From: Lama guanicoe
Lineage: Eukaryota
Direction of reading: 5' to 3'
Length of the DNA stretch: 64,000 nucleotides
NCBI GenBank assembly: GCA_013239625.1
Contig: MU054220.1
Span: 1,665,509-1,729,508, forward strand
Under the pieces are notes generated by a model. It was not told the DNA's origin. It ran no database searches and saw nothing but the letters and a program-made list of their open reading frames with translations. The translations under genes were made by a program, and so were the position numbers. This document shows positions 23,911 through 50,582 of this stretch, in pieces (positions within the stretch are counted from its first letter, which is position 1; the number at the start of each line of letters is the position of its first letter).

Positions 23911-24654
23911 GAGAGTTACTTTGCTTTTAAGAAAACAAAATAACTACCATTTATGAATTGTAGCCACTGTACTAGTCCACCCAGTAACTGGCAGCTTAGG
24001 AAGGTAGAGACTGAGACAGAGACGCTACAGTTTCTCTGTCACATGGCTGTATGGAGGAGAGCTGGGTTTTAACCCCAGTGAACCTGACTCAGCAGTCCCT
24101 GCAGGGCATATTCCTTTGGGAGTGAATCGTGGACCCTGGGGGCCCTGGTTTAAATTCCACATCTAGTGAAGCTTCATGAAGGCAGGGGCCATGTGGGTGC
24201 CTTGTTCACTGGAGCCCCAGGGGCTGGCAGATAATAAGCATTCAGGAAACATTTAATGAATGCGTAAACAAATAAATACCAAAAGATGACAGTTGTTTTT
24301 GTCCAAGAGCTTCCTGGTGTGTTTTTTTCCACAACAACATTAGACCTTTATTTAGAAATGTCCATCCTTGCCAGAAAAAAGGAATAACATATTTTCACAC
24401 CTGGTTTATGGATTGCTAGATGACAGCCCCAAGTCCCTTAGAGCTACTTTACAGGAATCCTGCTAATAGTTTCCTGCCTGTGAGGAAGCTAGTTCCGGCA
24501 GCTGGTCTCCGGGCCCCTTTTCTGCTGGAGAGAGCCCCTTTGGCAGCAGGGACAGAGGGAACCTATGTGTGACCCTCTCGCCCTGAGAGAGCTGCCAACT
24601 TGGTCGTCCCTGAAGTGGAGTGTGCCCAGAGCCTGGGGCTTTAGAGTTTGAGGG

Positions 24655-24722
24655 GTTTTTTTTAATACATTATTTCTTTTTGGGGGTTTGTTTGTTTATG
24701 TATTTATGTATTTATTTATGTA

Positions 24723-24755
<33 letters not shown>

Positions 24756-24822
24756 ATGTATGTATTTATTTATAATGGAGGTACTGGGTATTGAACCCTA
24801 GGACCTCGTTCATGCTAAGCAC
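24655..24822 (-). mobile_element. 5'-truncated tRNA-Ala-derived SINE (vic-1-like) with expanded (TATG)n/(TG)n tail
   Basis: ggaggtactgggtattgaaccctaggacctcgttcatgctaagcac preceded by a microsatellite. Confidence 0.75.
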
Positions 24823-26805
24823 ATTTGTAAAGTTATAGGAGAGGGCTTAGCATGTGGCGGGGAAAGCTTGTATTTAGGAGTCCCTTAATCTGGTTGTAAT
24901 ACCAACTGTATGACCTTGGGCAAATGACTTGATTCAGCCTCAGGTTCCTCATCTGCCAAGTGGAAATGAAAGCACCCACACAGCAGGCTTGGGAAGATGA
25001 GAGATTGTCTCCATCGGTTGGCACAGTGCTGCCTTTGGCAAAAGTGCTAAGTACATCAAAGTTAAAAGTGAACGTCCCACAGCCCATTGATAACTGGTAA
25101 GCAGATGGGGTAAGTGTGCTTCCGGAATTTCTCTCTCTATACAAAAATTATGTATGTACATACATACATTTTTGTAAATAAAAGTGAGATCATGCCATAA
25201 TGTACAGAATAGAATGTTCTGCAGTTGGCGTTTTTTTCAGTTACTGTGATGCGGGCATCCTTCCCTCTGGGCACATACACCGATATCTACCACTTTCACT
25301 TTCAGAGGCTACATAGCATTTCGTGGTTTCTCAATGACTTTCCTGTTGGACACAGGTTACTTCTAGAATTTTCACTATTATAAACAGTAAGAGCCAATTC
25401 AAGGAAGGTTCTGGAGGTCCATTAGAGGGGCATTAGTGCAACATCTTATTTTCAAAGCAAGTTATTTCATCATTTCATTTGATTTTCACAGAAACCTTAC
25501 CAGAAAAGTAAAGCCCCAGTTACAACTAGGAAAACGAATTTGTGTCCAGAGGGACAGACATCCCGAGGAACCCGCTAATCGTGGCAGAAGGGGCCTGGGA
25601 CTGTCCCCTCCAGTTAATGTTTGTCATGCTTCTGGATCAGGGGCTGTAAGTGCAAGGGCCAGGCCGGTGATGCAAGTGTATGAAAGGCGGCCAGTCTAAG
25701 AGGACAGGCAACACTTGGCTTCAGTGTCAAGGTGAGAATAGGGAGCGTGAGGGCTGTGGGCAAACGAAGGACATTCTTGGTTTCCTGGGGCCAGACACTG
25801 ACCACTTGACTGGTTGACATGCAGAATCCCAGGCCCACAGATTGCTCGAGCTTCCAGTCTTAAAGAGAAGAGGGAAATGCGGATTCTTACATGAAATCTC
25901 CCAGATAACAAACGTAGCCAGCCAACTTGGAAATCTTCACCCCTTGCATGCCAGATTGTGAGCCCTGCTTCAGGCCCAAACTTCATTTTCTACTTGGATT
26001 ATAAAACAGGTATCTAACATGTAGGGCACAGAGCTGGAACCTGATACAGTAGGCACTTGGAACAAGCGCCCAGAGTCCCCACTGTCCTATCATCCTGTGA
26101 GGTTATGTGGCCCAAAAAAGACCATTCCATTTTGTGATTTGCCCTCCTGACTTCCAGGAGCGTTTTGTCAGCCATCTTTGCTGGGTGTTGGTGAGCAAGA
26201 CTTGACCCTGTTCACCATCTCCATAGCCGCCTTTGTGTACATTTTTTCTGCCCCCCCAGGCCAGAGCCTTGGACAGCTTTCCCAGTGGGCTTGGGTGTGT
26301 CCAGTGAAGATCACTATGATTGCTGAAAGCAGCTATCCAATTCCCCTTCACTTTTCTCCCTCTCCCACTCTTCTGTTCTGGGGCAGTGTCATGGTTAAGA
26401 GTGGGAGCCCTATAGTCACACTGCTTGGGATCTGGTCCCTGCTGTCTCTAGGTCGTGGTATGGTCCTGAGCAGGTCGCTTTACCTCTGGGTGCCTCCATT
26501 TCCTTATCTGTAAACTAGAGGAAATGCTCAGATCAGGAAATATTGGTTATCATTCTGTTGGTTTCCTCTCACTTTGCCAGGGGCTGTGCAGGTGCTGGTG
26601 GTACAAAGACAGACCACACTCTTGCCCTCAAGGAGCATGACCTTGACATAACTGCATGCAGTTGTCAGCAAACTGCTGACTCGGGGGCAGCGGAAGCCTT
26701 TCTCCTGTCAAGTTTTAGAGTTTTGAGATCATGTGAGTTCCCAGGTACCCGGAAGGCTGTGGTTCCAGGCTCCTTTGGGAACAGAGGCGGCTGCCCATCT
26801 CCTTT

Positions 26806-26912
26806 TTTTTTTTTTTCCCCCTTAATTTTTTTTTTTATGGTAGTACTGGGGATTGACCCCAGGACCTTGTGCATGATAAGCACGTGCTCTACCACTGAGC
26901 TATACCCTCCCT
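26806..26912 (-). mobile_element. tRNA-Ala-derived SINE (vic-1-like), full length
   Basis: Reverse complement has A box TAGCTCAGTGG, a B-box-like motif and an A tail. 16-bp TSD gctgcccatctccttt at 26790-26805 and 26913-26928. Confidence 0.88.
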
Positions 26913-28075
26913 GCTGCCCATCTCCTTTCCTTCCTACCGAAGCCTTGAGGCAAACTCATGTCTGGACTAGTTCTGGATGACGGTGGCAGAGAATCTCCTG
27001 GTCCCTTCACTTCAACCTGGATCCCACCTTCCCAGAGGAGAGGAAGATCCCAGCCAACTCTCCTGCTGGCAGCTCCCAGACTCTCCCTATTTCCCAGCTT
27101 CCTGTGGTTGAGGTGCAAGATCACTTACCCTGGGACATCCCAGGGTTCTTGTCTAGTTCCAAGGCCTACACCTACATCCCCTCGACCTCTGCTGAGCTGT
27201 GACCCTGCGGCATGGACCCCCCTACACACACTCCCAAATCGCCCCTCTCTGGACCCATTTTGCTTGCACTAAACAGGAGGTGGTTTCTTCCCCTGCTCTG
27301 TTTCCCCGGGGATGAGGCAGACATGGTAGATAGGCTGTAAGCTTGGAATGGTTACTTTAAATTTGAAAATTAAAATTTCATTCCTCCTCTTTTTCCCATT
27401 CATTCATTTAACATAATTATTGAGTGGCCACTGTGTGCCAATGCTCTGGGGACACAATGATAAATGAGATGAAGTCCCTGCCCACACGTTTGAGTTGGGG
27501 AAGCAGACATTAAGCCACTAACCTCATTAATGAATATAAAAATCATAGAGATAAATCTGATATCAGAATGGAATGTAATTCTCTATGAGAGTGTAATAAG
27601 CTAGGACCTAACTGGGCAGAATGTCGGGGGATGGAGGAAGAAAGGGACCACGAGGTGCAAAGGCCCTGGGGCCAGCAGGTTGGCAGTTCCTCACAAGTTG
27701 AACACAGAGTTACCTGTGACCCATTCCTAGGTACATACACAAGAGAAATGAAAATATGTCCACATGAAAGCTCGTACGTGAAGGTTGATAGCATTATTAT
27801 TCATAATAACCAAATAGGGAAACAACCCAAATGTCTATTGACTAATGAATGGATAAACAAAATAACTAAAAACAAACAAAAAAAAGGTATGCAATGAATA
27901 CTATTCAGCCATAAAAAGGAATGAAGTACTGATTCATGCTACAATGTAGCTGAAGCTTGAAAACATTACGCTAAGTGAAAGAAGCCAGTCACAGAAGACC
28001 ACATGTTGTATGATTCCATTTATACAAGATGTCCGGAATAGAGAAATCCCTAGAAAGTATTTTGTGGGTTGCAGG

Positions 28076-29008
28076 GTGTTTTAGTTTGCTCAGGCTGCCA
28101 TAACAGTGTACAACAGACTGGGGGTCTTCAACAGTAGACATGTATTTTCTCACAGTTCTAGAGGCCAGAAGTCAGAGATCAAGGCGTTGGGAGGGTGGGT
28201 TTCATTCTGAGACCTCTCTCCTTGGCTTGTCGATGGCCTTCTTTTGTCTTTGTCTTCACACGCTCTTCCCTCTCAGTATATGTGTCCTAATCTTATTTTA
28301 GGAGACCTGTCCTATTGGATCAGGTGACTTCTAATAACCTCCTTTTATCTCTTTTACCTGCACCCCAGTGTTCATAGCAGCACTAACTAGCCAAGACATG
28401 GAAACAACTTAAATGTCCATCGACAGATGACTGGGTAAAGAAATTGTGGTATATTTATACAATGGAATACTATTCAGCCATAAAAATAATAAAATAATGC
28501 CATTTGCAGCAACATGGATGGCTCTGGAGAATGTCATTCTAAGTGAAGTAAGCCAGAAAGAGAAAGAAAAATACCATATGATATCACTCATATGTGGAAT
28601 CTGGAAAAAAAAAGACAAATGAACTTATTTATAACACAGAAACAGACTCACAGACATAGAAACTTATGTTTACCATTGAGGAAAGGGACGGGAAGGGATG
28701 AATTGGGAGTTTGAGATTTGCAGATACTGACTGGTATATATAAAATAGAGAAACAAGTTTATACTGTGTAGCACAGGGAACTATATTTGATATCTTGTAA
28801 TAGCTTACAGTGAAAATTATGAAACGAATATACGTATATTCATGTATGACTGAAGCACTGTGCTGTACACTAGAAATTGACACAACATTGAAAACTGACT
28901 GTACTTCAATTAAAAAATAACTCTCTACTACATTAGAGTAAAAGACAACTCTAAGTCACATTTTGAGGAACTGGGGCAATAATTCATATATTAAAGATAT
29001 GAATATAT
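28076..29008. mobile_element. MLT1 (ERVL-MaLR) solo LTR, split by an L1
   Basis: tgttttagtttgctcaggctgccataaca...tctcacagttctagaggccagaagtc; the remainder follows 28920. Confidence 0.65.
28360..28920 (+). mobile_element. Young artiodactyl/camelid L1 3' end
   Basis: ORF2 tail (acatggaaacaacttaaatgtccatcgacagatgactgg) to gactgtacttcaattaaaaaa. Confidence 0.8.
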
Positions 29009-29120
29009 GAATGGGGGCATAACTCAGAATGGGGAGTGACTGCTGATGAGCACAGGACTTCTTTTCAGGGTGATGAAATGTTCTGGTATTTGTGGTGATC
29101 AGTGCACAAGTTTGTGAATA

Positions 29121-29592
29121 CAGGCACGCCTCGGAGATACCACAGGTTCGGTTCGAGACCACCACAATAAAGCGAATATCACAATAAAGCAAGTCGTGAA
29201 TTTTTTGGTTTCCCTATGCATATGAAAGTCATATCTGCACTATACTGTAGTCTATTAAGCGTGCAATAGCATTATATCTAAAAAAGCCAAAATACAGACC
29301 TATAATTAAGAAATATGTTACTGCTAAAAAATGCTAACCGTCATGTGAGCCTCCCTCGAGTCATAGTTGTAACATCCAAGTCACTGATCACACATCACCA
29401 TAACAAACATAATAACTAGGAAAGAGCTTGAAATATTACGATAATTACCAAAATGTGACACAGAGACACAAAGTGAGCAAATGCGGTTGGAAGAAATAGT
29501 GCCAAAAGAATTGCTCGTCACTGAGTTGCCACAGAACTTCGATTTGTATAAAACAAAATATCTGCAAAATGCAATAAAACAAGGTATGCTTG
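29121..29592 (-). mobile_element. Internally deleted Tigger1 (Tigger1a_Art-like) DNA transposon
   Basis: TIRs caggcacgcctcg / caaggtatgcttg, with TA on the left flank. The reverse complement matches the recalled Tigger1 5' end. Confidence 0.8.
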
Positions 29593-30599
29593 TGTACTAA
29601 AAACCACTGTCCACACTGAAAGGACAACTTTGCCCTGGGGCAAGAAGGAGCCTGGCTTGCAGAGAATGAAAAGGCAAATAGGGTGAGATGAACTGGTGGG
29701 GTTGGCAGGGGTCTCTCGAGACCCCAGGAGCCTGGATACTTCAAGGGTCTGTTCACTACATAAGACTGCCCTTCTGCACAGTGTATGGCCTTAAAGCTCA
29801 TTATAAGGGACCCTTGCAAACTGGGGCTGGAACTGGATATTTTTATATTTTTTAAACCCTCAAAGGCCAACTTCTGTTCCTTGAGGGCAGTTTGCCATGG
29901 AGCAGACGGATGTAGCTGCAGAGAGCCTCTTGCTTATTGTCACATAGTGTTTCCTGTGTGACAGGCACTGTTCTAAGTCCTCCTCAACTACTAAGTCATT
30001 TAATTCTCCTCACAATCCAGCGAAATAGGAGCCGCTACTCTCTTGCCCCAAGTCATGCTGCCCACACGACTCCTAAAATGGCAGTCGGAATTCAAACCCC
30101 GGAGGCCTGGCTCCGGGGTCCACGCTGTTTGTTACCCACTGCACTGTGGTGCTTGCTCATAACAAGCCTGGGAGGTAGGGACGATTAGCCTAGGACAGCC
30201 CATTTTACAGATGAGGAAACTGAGGCCCAGAGATCTGAGTGACTTGGCTTGGGCCAGAACATGAGTTCGGATGAGAGGTTGGGATGGTGTGGGCACGTGC
30301 ACGGGTAATTGACCTCGGCGCCTGGTCCTCACAGGAACAGAGCCAGGGGAGTTGGGTCTGGGGAATGCTTGTGATCCAGGAGAGGCAGGGCTCAGAGTTG
30401 GACCTGTGCTCAGCCTCCTGACTGCTTCCTCCAGCTCTCAACCCACCCTGGGGACGGCTCTTTGGCAAGGCTGCCCTGCCCAGGGGCTCAGGGCCAGTGT
30501 CAGAGGTGCTGAAGAGACGCCCAAGAGGGCGCTGGGGTGGGGGCAGGCACCTTCCTCCCAGCTTGAGGGTGGGTGCGGCCGAGGCCCGCGTGACCTTGT

Positions 30600-30740
30600 G
30601 GCTGACATTCCTCGGCAGCCACGTGGCCCCAACTGGCAGGGACAGCTGCGGACAGGGGCCGAACCAGCTTTGTTCCCAGGGTGGCGCCCGCTCTCCATCC
30701 AGGCCCTGCTCCTTCCCGGGCTCAGTGGGCAGCTGGCACT
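30600..30740 (+). promoter_or_regulatory. RAPSN muscle promoter: MCAT (30606-30612), E-boxes CACGTG 30620, CAACTG 30630, CAGCTG 30643 and 30730
   Basis: Motifs read directly. The CAACTG/CAGCTG spacing matches the human RAPSN E-boxes mutated in congenital myasthenia. Confidence 0.75.
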
Positions 30741-30766
30741 GTGGGTCCCCCGCTATGAGCGCCTAG

Positions 30767-40025
<9,259 letters not shown>

Positions 40026-40233
40026 CCCCGACAAGTCATGGGCTTCTGCTTCGGCCCCCTGCTCCTCCTCTACCCCGACGCTGGAGGCCTCCCCACCCGC
40101 CGTGCCTCCCACGCCTGTTTACTCCTGGGGCAGCCTCCAGGGCCTCCTCCGGCCTCAGCCAGGGCCTGCCCACTGCTCTCCCCCAGGCCCAGCTGCCCTC
40201 CCCTGCCTCCTTGTACTTTGGTCTTTATAGAAA

Positions 40234-40239
40234 AATAAA
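40234..40239 (+). terminator. RAPSN polyadenylation signal
   Basis: AATAAA about 210 nt after the stop, with upstream TGTA. Confidence 0.85.
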
Positions 40240-40530
40240 CCATTTGTACCTGGTCCCAGCGATTCTGACTTTCCCTGCCTGAAGTGTGAAGGGCGGGAGA
40301 TGGTGGGTGTGAGGCTCTCCACATGAGCTTCCTCAAACACACGTGTCCCTCGCACATACAGATGAGTGCCTGCAGCTGCCCTTCCAGGTTCCTGGGGTGC
40401 CCCCGTGAGCCAGATTCCTGCAGGTGAGGACACCTTTAGAAGCTGAAATGCTGACATGCAACAGTGGGAAGGATGATGTGATAAACTATAAACATAGTAA
40501 AGCAACAACATAGAAAGTCCGCTAGAAAGA

Positions 40531-40909
40531 TGTTATGGACTGAATTGTGTCCCCTCAAATTCATATGTTGAAGCCGTAACCCCCCAGGGTGACTGTATTT
40601 GGAGAAGGGCCTTAATCAGGGTGGGGCCCTAATCTGTTAGGACTGGTGTCGTCATGAGAAGAGGAAGAGACACCAGAGAGCTTTCTCTCTCCCTGTGCTG
40701 CACAGAGAGGACAGAGAGGACACAGGAAGAAGGCAGCCATCTGCAAGCCGGGAAGAGAAGCCTCACCAGAAACCCAGCTCCCCCACACCTTGATCTCAGA
40801 CTTCCCAGCCAGCCAGAACTGTGAGGAAATATATTTTTGTTATTTAACCACCCAGTCAGTGGTATTTTGTGATGGCGAAACTAATAGCAAAAACTAGCAG
40901 ACTAATACA
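40531..40909 (+). mobile_element. MLT1A/B-like MaLR solo LTR
   Basis: tgttatggactgaattgtgtcccctcaaattcatatgttgaagcc...gactaataca (TG...CA ends). Confidence 0.8.
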
Positions 40910-42750
40910 AAAGTGATAAGGGCTTTGAAACAGTAAAGAGTAGAACAGCATTCCTCTTTCTCCTCTTCCTCCCTTTCCCTTCTCATCCTAAAACCATTAG
41001 GTGAGACAGAGCAAGACAGGCATCCAGGTGGAAGGGTGGCCTGGTGTGGGGTGTTGGAACCCAACCAGGTGAGGGAGTGTCCCCACAGGCGAAGCCCCAG
41101 TGTGGAGAGGTAGAGCCTGCGTGGAAAGCAAAGGGTATCCACACACATGGGGCCTCATCCTGGAGTGTCAGAGCCTAGGGTGGGTGAGAAAGGGGTTCAC
41201 ACAATGGCAGGGCTTGGTGCTGGGTATTGGGGCCAAGCAAGATGAAGAGGATGTCCATGCAGACAGGTGGTCAGGGAGCTGGAGCCTGAACAGGGCAAGG
41301 AGGGCACCTATGCACAGGGCAGCCTGATGTGGTGTGTCAGAGTCAGAGCAGGGTGATGAGGACACCCTGGGGGAGAAAGGCTAGCATGGGAGCCTGAGGA
41401 AGGCATCCATGTGGTGGTGGTGGTGGTGGTGGGTGGGGTGCCATCCACTGCAGAGTGTCAGAGACCAAGCCGGGGAAGGAAGGCAGCTTGGCATGGATTG
41501 TTGGAGCCTTAATGGGGTAAGGAGACACCCAAGTTGGAGGTCTGGTGTGAGGTGTCAGATCTTGAGTAGAGCAAGTAGGGTATATACATGGGGCATTTGG
41601 ACAAAGATAGAGTAACAAAGGATCTGTGTCTGGAAGGGAGTGGCAATGAGAAATTGATTACATAGAGGGGTTGATCAATCCTCATTGCCTCCCAAAGCCC
41701 CGTCTCCAATACCTTAAATTGAGGGTTAGAGCTTCAACACATGAATTTGGAGGAGAGAGATACATTCAGTTCATAGCAATGATTTACTGGATAAAATAAG
41801 AATCCATACTGATCTAAATAAATAAATGAATAAATTGAAAATTTGATGAAGGATGGGATATTTACATAGTTCCAAATTACTTCCCCACAAAATGCCTATT
41901 AATTTCAAGGGGAAAAAAGAGCAACTTCACAATGGAGGTTTGCAGACACCAGATTCATCAAGTGAGAAAGGTTAACATCTCCAGTAATGGGAAACAAAAT
42001 GAATTCTGCTGCTACCTGAATGAATGGAGTGAGAAACTCTGCACCTCTTCTGTGGTCTTCCTGCCAAAGATGAATCATGAGGAAATCACAAGGAAACTCC
42101 AAGTAAACACAAATTTAGAAATATCCTACAAAGTAACTGTAATCTTCAAAAGTGTCAAGGTCATGAAGCCAAGGAAAGACTGAGAAATGATTCCAGATTG
42201 AAAGAGACTCAAGAACTACAAGTAAATACAATGCCTGATTGTGCTCTTGATTCTGGACTGGATCCCAGTCCGGATCCAGTGTGTCCTTTAATGCTGTAAA
42301 GGACATTAGTGGGACAACTGGTGAAATTTGGAAGGGATCGGAGTATTAGATGGTAGAAACATATCAAGGTTAACTTCCTGATACTGAAGGTTGTATTGTG
42401 GTTAAGTAGGAAAATGTCCTTGATGGTAGGAAATTCCCACCAAAGTTTCTGAGGTGATGTGGTGTCTGGTCAGCAATTTTCTCTCAAATGATGCAAGAAA
42501 AAAATTATTTGCATTAAAATTTTTTTATTGAAGTGCAGTTGATTTACAATGTTACTTTTAGGTGTACAGCAAAGATTCAGTTATACATATATACATATTT
42601 TTTCAGATTCTTTTCCATTATATGTTATTATAAGAAATTGAATATAGTACCCTGGGCTATACAGGAAGTCCTTATTTTTAAAATCTTTTTAATTTGCATT
42701 TTATTTGCAACTTTTCTCTAGATCTGAGATTTATTTTCAAAATAAAATTT
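40910..42750 (+). mobile_element. Old L1MC-like 3' region with internal GTGTCAGAG-type repeats, plus a short nested young L1 (about 42520-42670, minus strand)
   Basis: Repeated ggtgtcagag...gggtga motif and L1MC-like terminal text. Confidence 0.5.
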
Positions 42751-43676
42751 ATAGTTAAAAAATAGTAGCACAGGGTAAGGGGCTGAGGAGTGTGAAGGCA
42801 GGAGGGACAGGCTGCGGCATTAAAAGGCTGTGAGGGTGGGTCTGGATGAGGAGGCCTTTGAGCAAAGACTTAAAGGAGAAAAGGTGAGGGACTGAAGCAA
42901 GCAAATATCCTGGAAAGAGCATTCCAGGTAGAATACACTGGCCTGGTCTGGTCAGAGAGCAGCAAGGAGGCCTGTAACTGTGAACAGGGAGGAAAGGAGT
43001 GGGAGTCAAGGTCCTGGAGGAAATTGTGGGGGAGTGAAAACCCAAAGGCCCCTGTGGGCTGTTGTAAGGACCTTGGCTCTTATTCTGAGTGTCTCGCAGC
43101 TGCTGCAGGATTTTGAGCAGAGGAGTGACATGATCTGACTAGGTTTTAAAGTAATTCCTTTATTGCTGTGTTGAGAACAAACTACACAAAACAACTGGTC
43201 TGGATGCTTCAAAAATGTCGATGTCATGAAAGACCAAAAAAGACTGGGGGACTGTTCTAGACTAAAGGAGGCTAAAGAGATGTGACAACTGAAGGCAGTA
43301 TGTAATTGACTTGATACTGGATTTTTTTTTAAGGCAGGAAGGATGTTGTGGAGATGAGTGAAGACATTTAAATGTGGATCGTATATTAGATATTATTGCA
43401 CCAATGTTACATTCTTTAGGTATGACAGTGTTGCTATAATGTGTTGTAGTTACATATTAGAATGTCTTTATTCTTAGGAGAGGTAAGTTGAAATATTAGG
43501 GGTGAAATGTCATGATGTTTGCAACTTACTTTGAAATGGTCCAGAAAAAAACATATACACACATAGAGCAAAAGCAAATGCAAAATTTGTGACTCTAGAT
43601 GAAAGATATACAGATATTCATTGTCTAGTCTTTCAACTTTTTAATATATTTAACATTTTTCAAAGTAACAGACTTT

Positions 43677-43779
43677 GGTGGGGGTGAGTATAGCTCAGTG
43701 GTAGAGCACATGCTTAGCATGCATGAGATCCTGGGTTCAATCCCCAGTACCTCCACTAAAGAAACAAAAGCAAAAACAA
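43677..43779 (+). mobile_element. tRNA-Ala-derived SINE (vic-1-like), full length
   Basis: tatagctcagtggtagagcacatgcttagcatgcatgagatcctgggttcaatccccagtacctcca plus A-rich tail. TSD aacagacttt at 43667-43676 and 43780-43789. Confidence 0.88.
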
Positions 43780-43799
43780 AACAGACTTTAAGAAGTACA

Positions 43800-44210
43800 T
43801 TTGTCAGGGTTCTCCAGAGAAATAAATCTAATAGGAGACATACATATATGTACCTGTAAAGAGATTTATTATAAGGAATTGACTCATACAATTATGGAAG
43901 TGGGAAATCTCCATGGTTTACAGAGTAAATTGGCAAGCTAGAAACCCAGGAATGCTGATGGTTTAGTTTCAGTCTGAATCAGAAGGCCTGAGAACCAAGA
44001 GAGCTTATGGTGAAAATTCTAGTCTGAAAGCCAGCAGGTGCAAGAAACAAGTAGAGCTGATGTTTCAGTTCAAATTCCAAGCCTGGAATAGACCCATGTC
44101 CTAGCTCAAGGCAGTCAGGCAGAAGGATTTCCCTCCATCTATGGGGATGGTAAGCCTTTCTGTTCTATTCAGGCTTTCAACTGATTGGATGAGGCCCATC
44201 CACTTTAGGG
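43800..44210. mobile_element. MLT2-like ERVL LTR fragment
   Basis: cagggttctccagagaaa...gagatttattataaggaattgactcatacaattatgga...ttcaactgattggatgaggccca. Confidence 0.7.
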
Positions 44211-44239
44211 AACCCCTGAATTCCTAACTGGGCCAGATT

Positions 44240-44358
44240 TTTTTTTTAAAATTTATTTTGGGGGGGGTTATTAGGTTTATTTATTTATTTTTTTAGAGGA
44301 GGTACTGGGGATTGAACCCAGGACCTTATTCATGCTAAGCATTTACTCTACCACCCCT
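44240..44358 (-). mobile_element. tRNA-Ala-derived SINE (vic-1-like) next to the PSMC3 promoter
   Basis: gaggtactggggattgaacccaggacc...; TSD tgggccagatt at 44229-44239 and 44359-44369. Confidence 0.85.
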
Positions 44359-44784
44359 TGGGCCAGATTCTGATGTTGAAAGACCCCTGCAAAAGGGCCA
44401 TTTCAGTTATCTGCCAGATTAAGACTACATTTCCCAAGGGAGCTCGGCACTCTGGCCTTTTCTCCCTCCCCTTCTGGTTTTATATCCAGGCCCCGCCCCG
44501 CTGCGCGTGCCAGCCAATAGCGCGTCCACCTCTAGCTGTCGCATATACAGCGCAAGGGCGGGAACGTTTCAGGAGCCGTGGGGGCGGGTCCTGTGGCCTG
44601 GGCTTCGTCTTTTGAATTGAAGAAGCAGATTCGCTCTGGCAGCGCGGCCCCAGCTAATTCCGTCAGGAGCCAAGACTTGGAGAAGGAGGGCTGCCACTAG
44701 TCAAGAGCAGGCGTTAAGAGAGGAAATATTAATCTCTCGCTCCGGCTCCTGCCCAGTCTGACCTTCGGCCTTCTCCCCCAGGAA

Positions 44785-50526
<5,742 letters not shown>

Positions 50527-50576
50527 GAGGCCGCCCGCCACACCTGCTCCCTGGTTTCCTGCTGGTTAAAATTCGT

Positions 50577-50582
50577 AATAAA
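50577..50582 (+). terminator. PSMC3 polyadenylation signal
   Basis: AATAAA 50 nt after the stop. Confidence 0.8.

Larger units (their letters stand above)
27690..29625 (+). mobile_element. L1MB-like 3' end interrupted by an MLT1 LTR, a younger L1 and a Tigger1 derivative
   Basis: L1MB text at 27690-28075 resumes at about 29010-29120 and about 29595. Confidence 0.7.

Noticed and set aside
41040..41560. Recurring GTGTCAGAG motif resembling a spaced repeat array
   Set aside because: The spacing is irregular and the copies are degenerate. It fits the internal repeats of old L1MC 3' regions and is not CRISPR-like.
43677..43760. tRNA-Ala(AGC)-like gene
   Set aside because: It has an A-rich tail, a TSD, a disrupted acceptor stem and sibling copies in the window, so it is a SINE rather than a tRNA gene.
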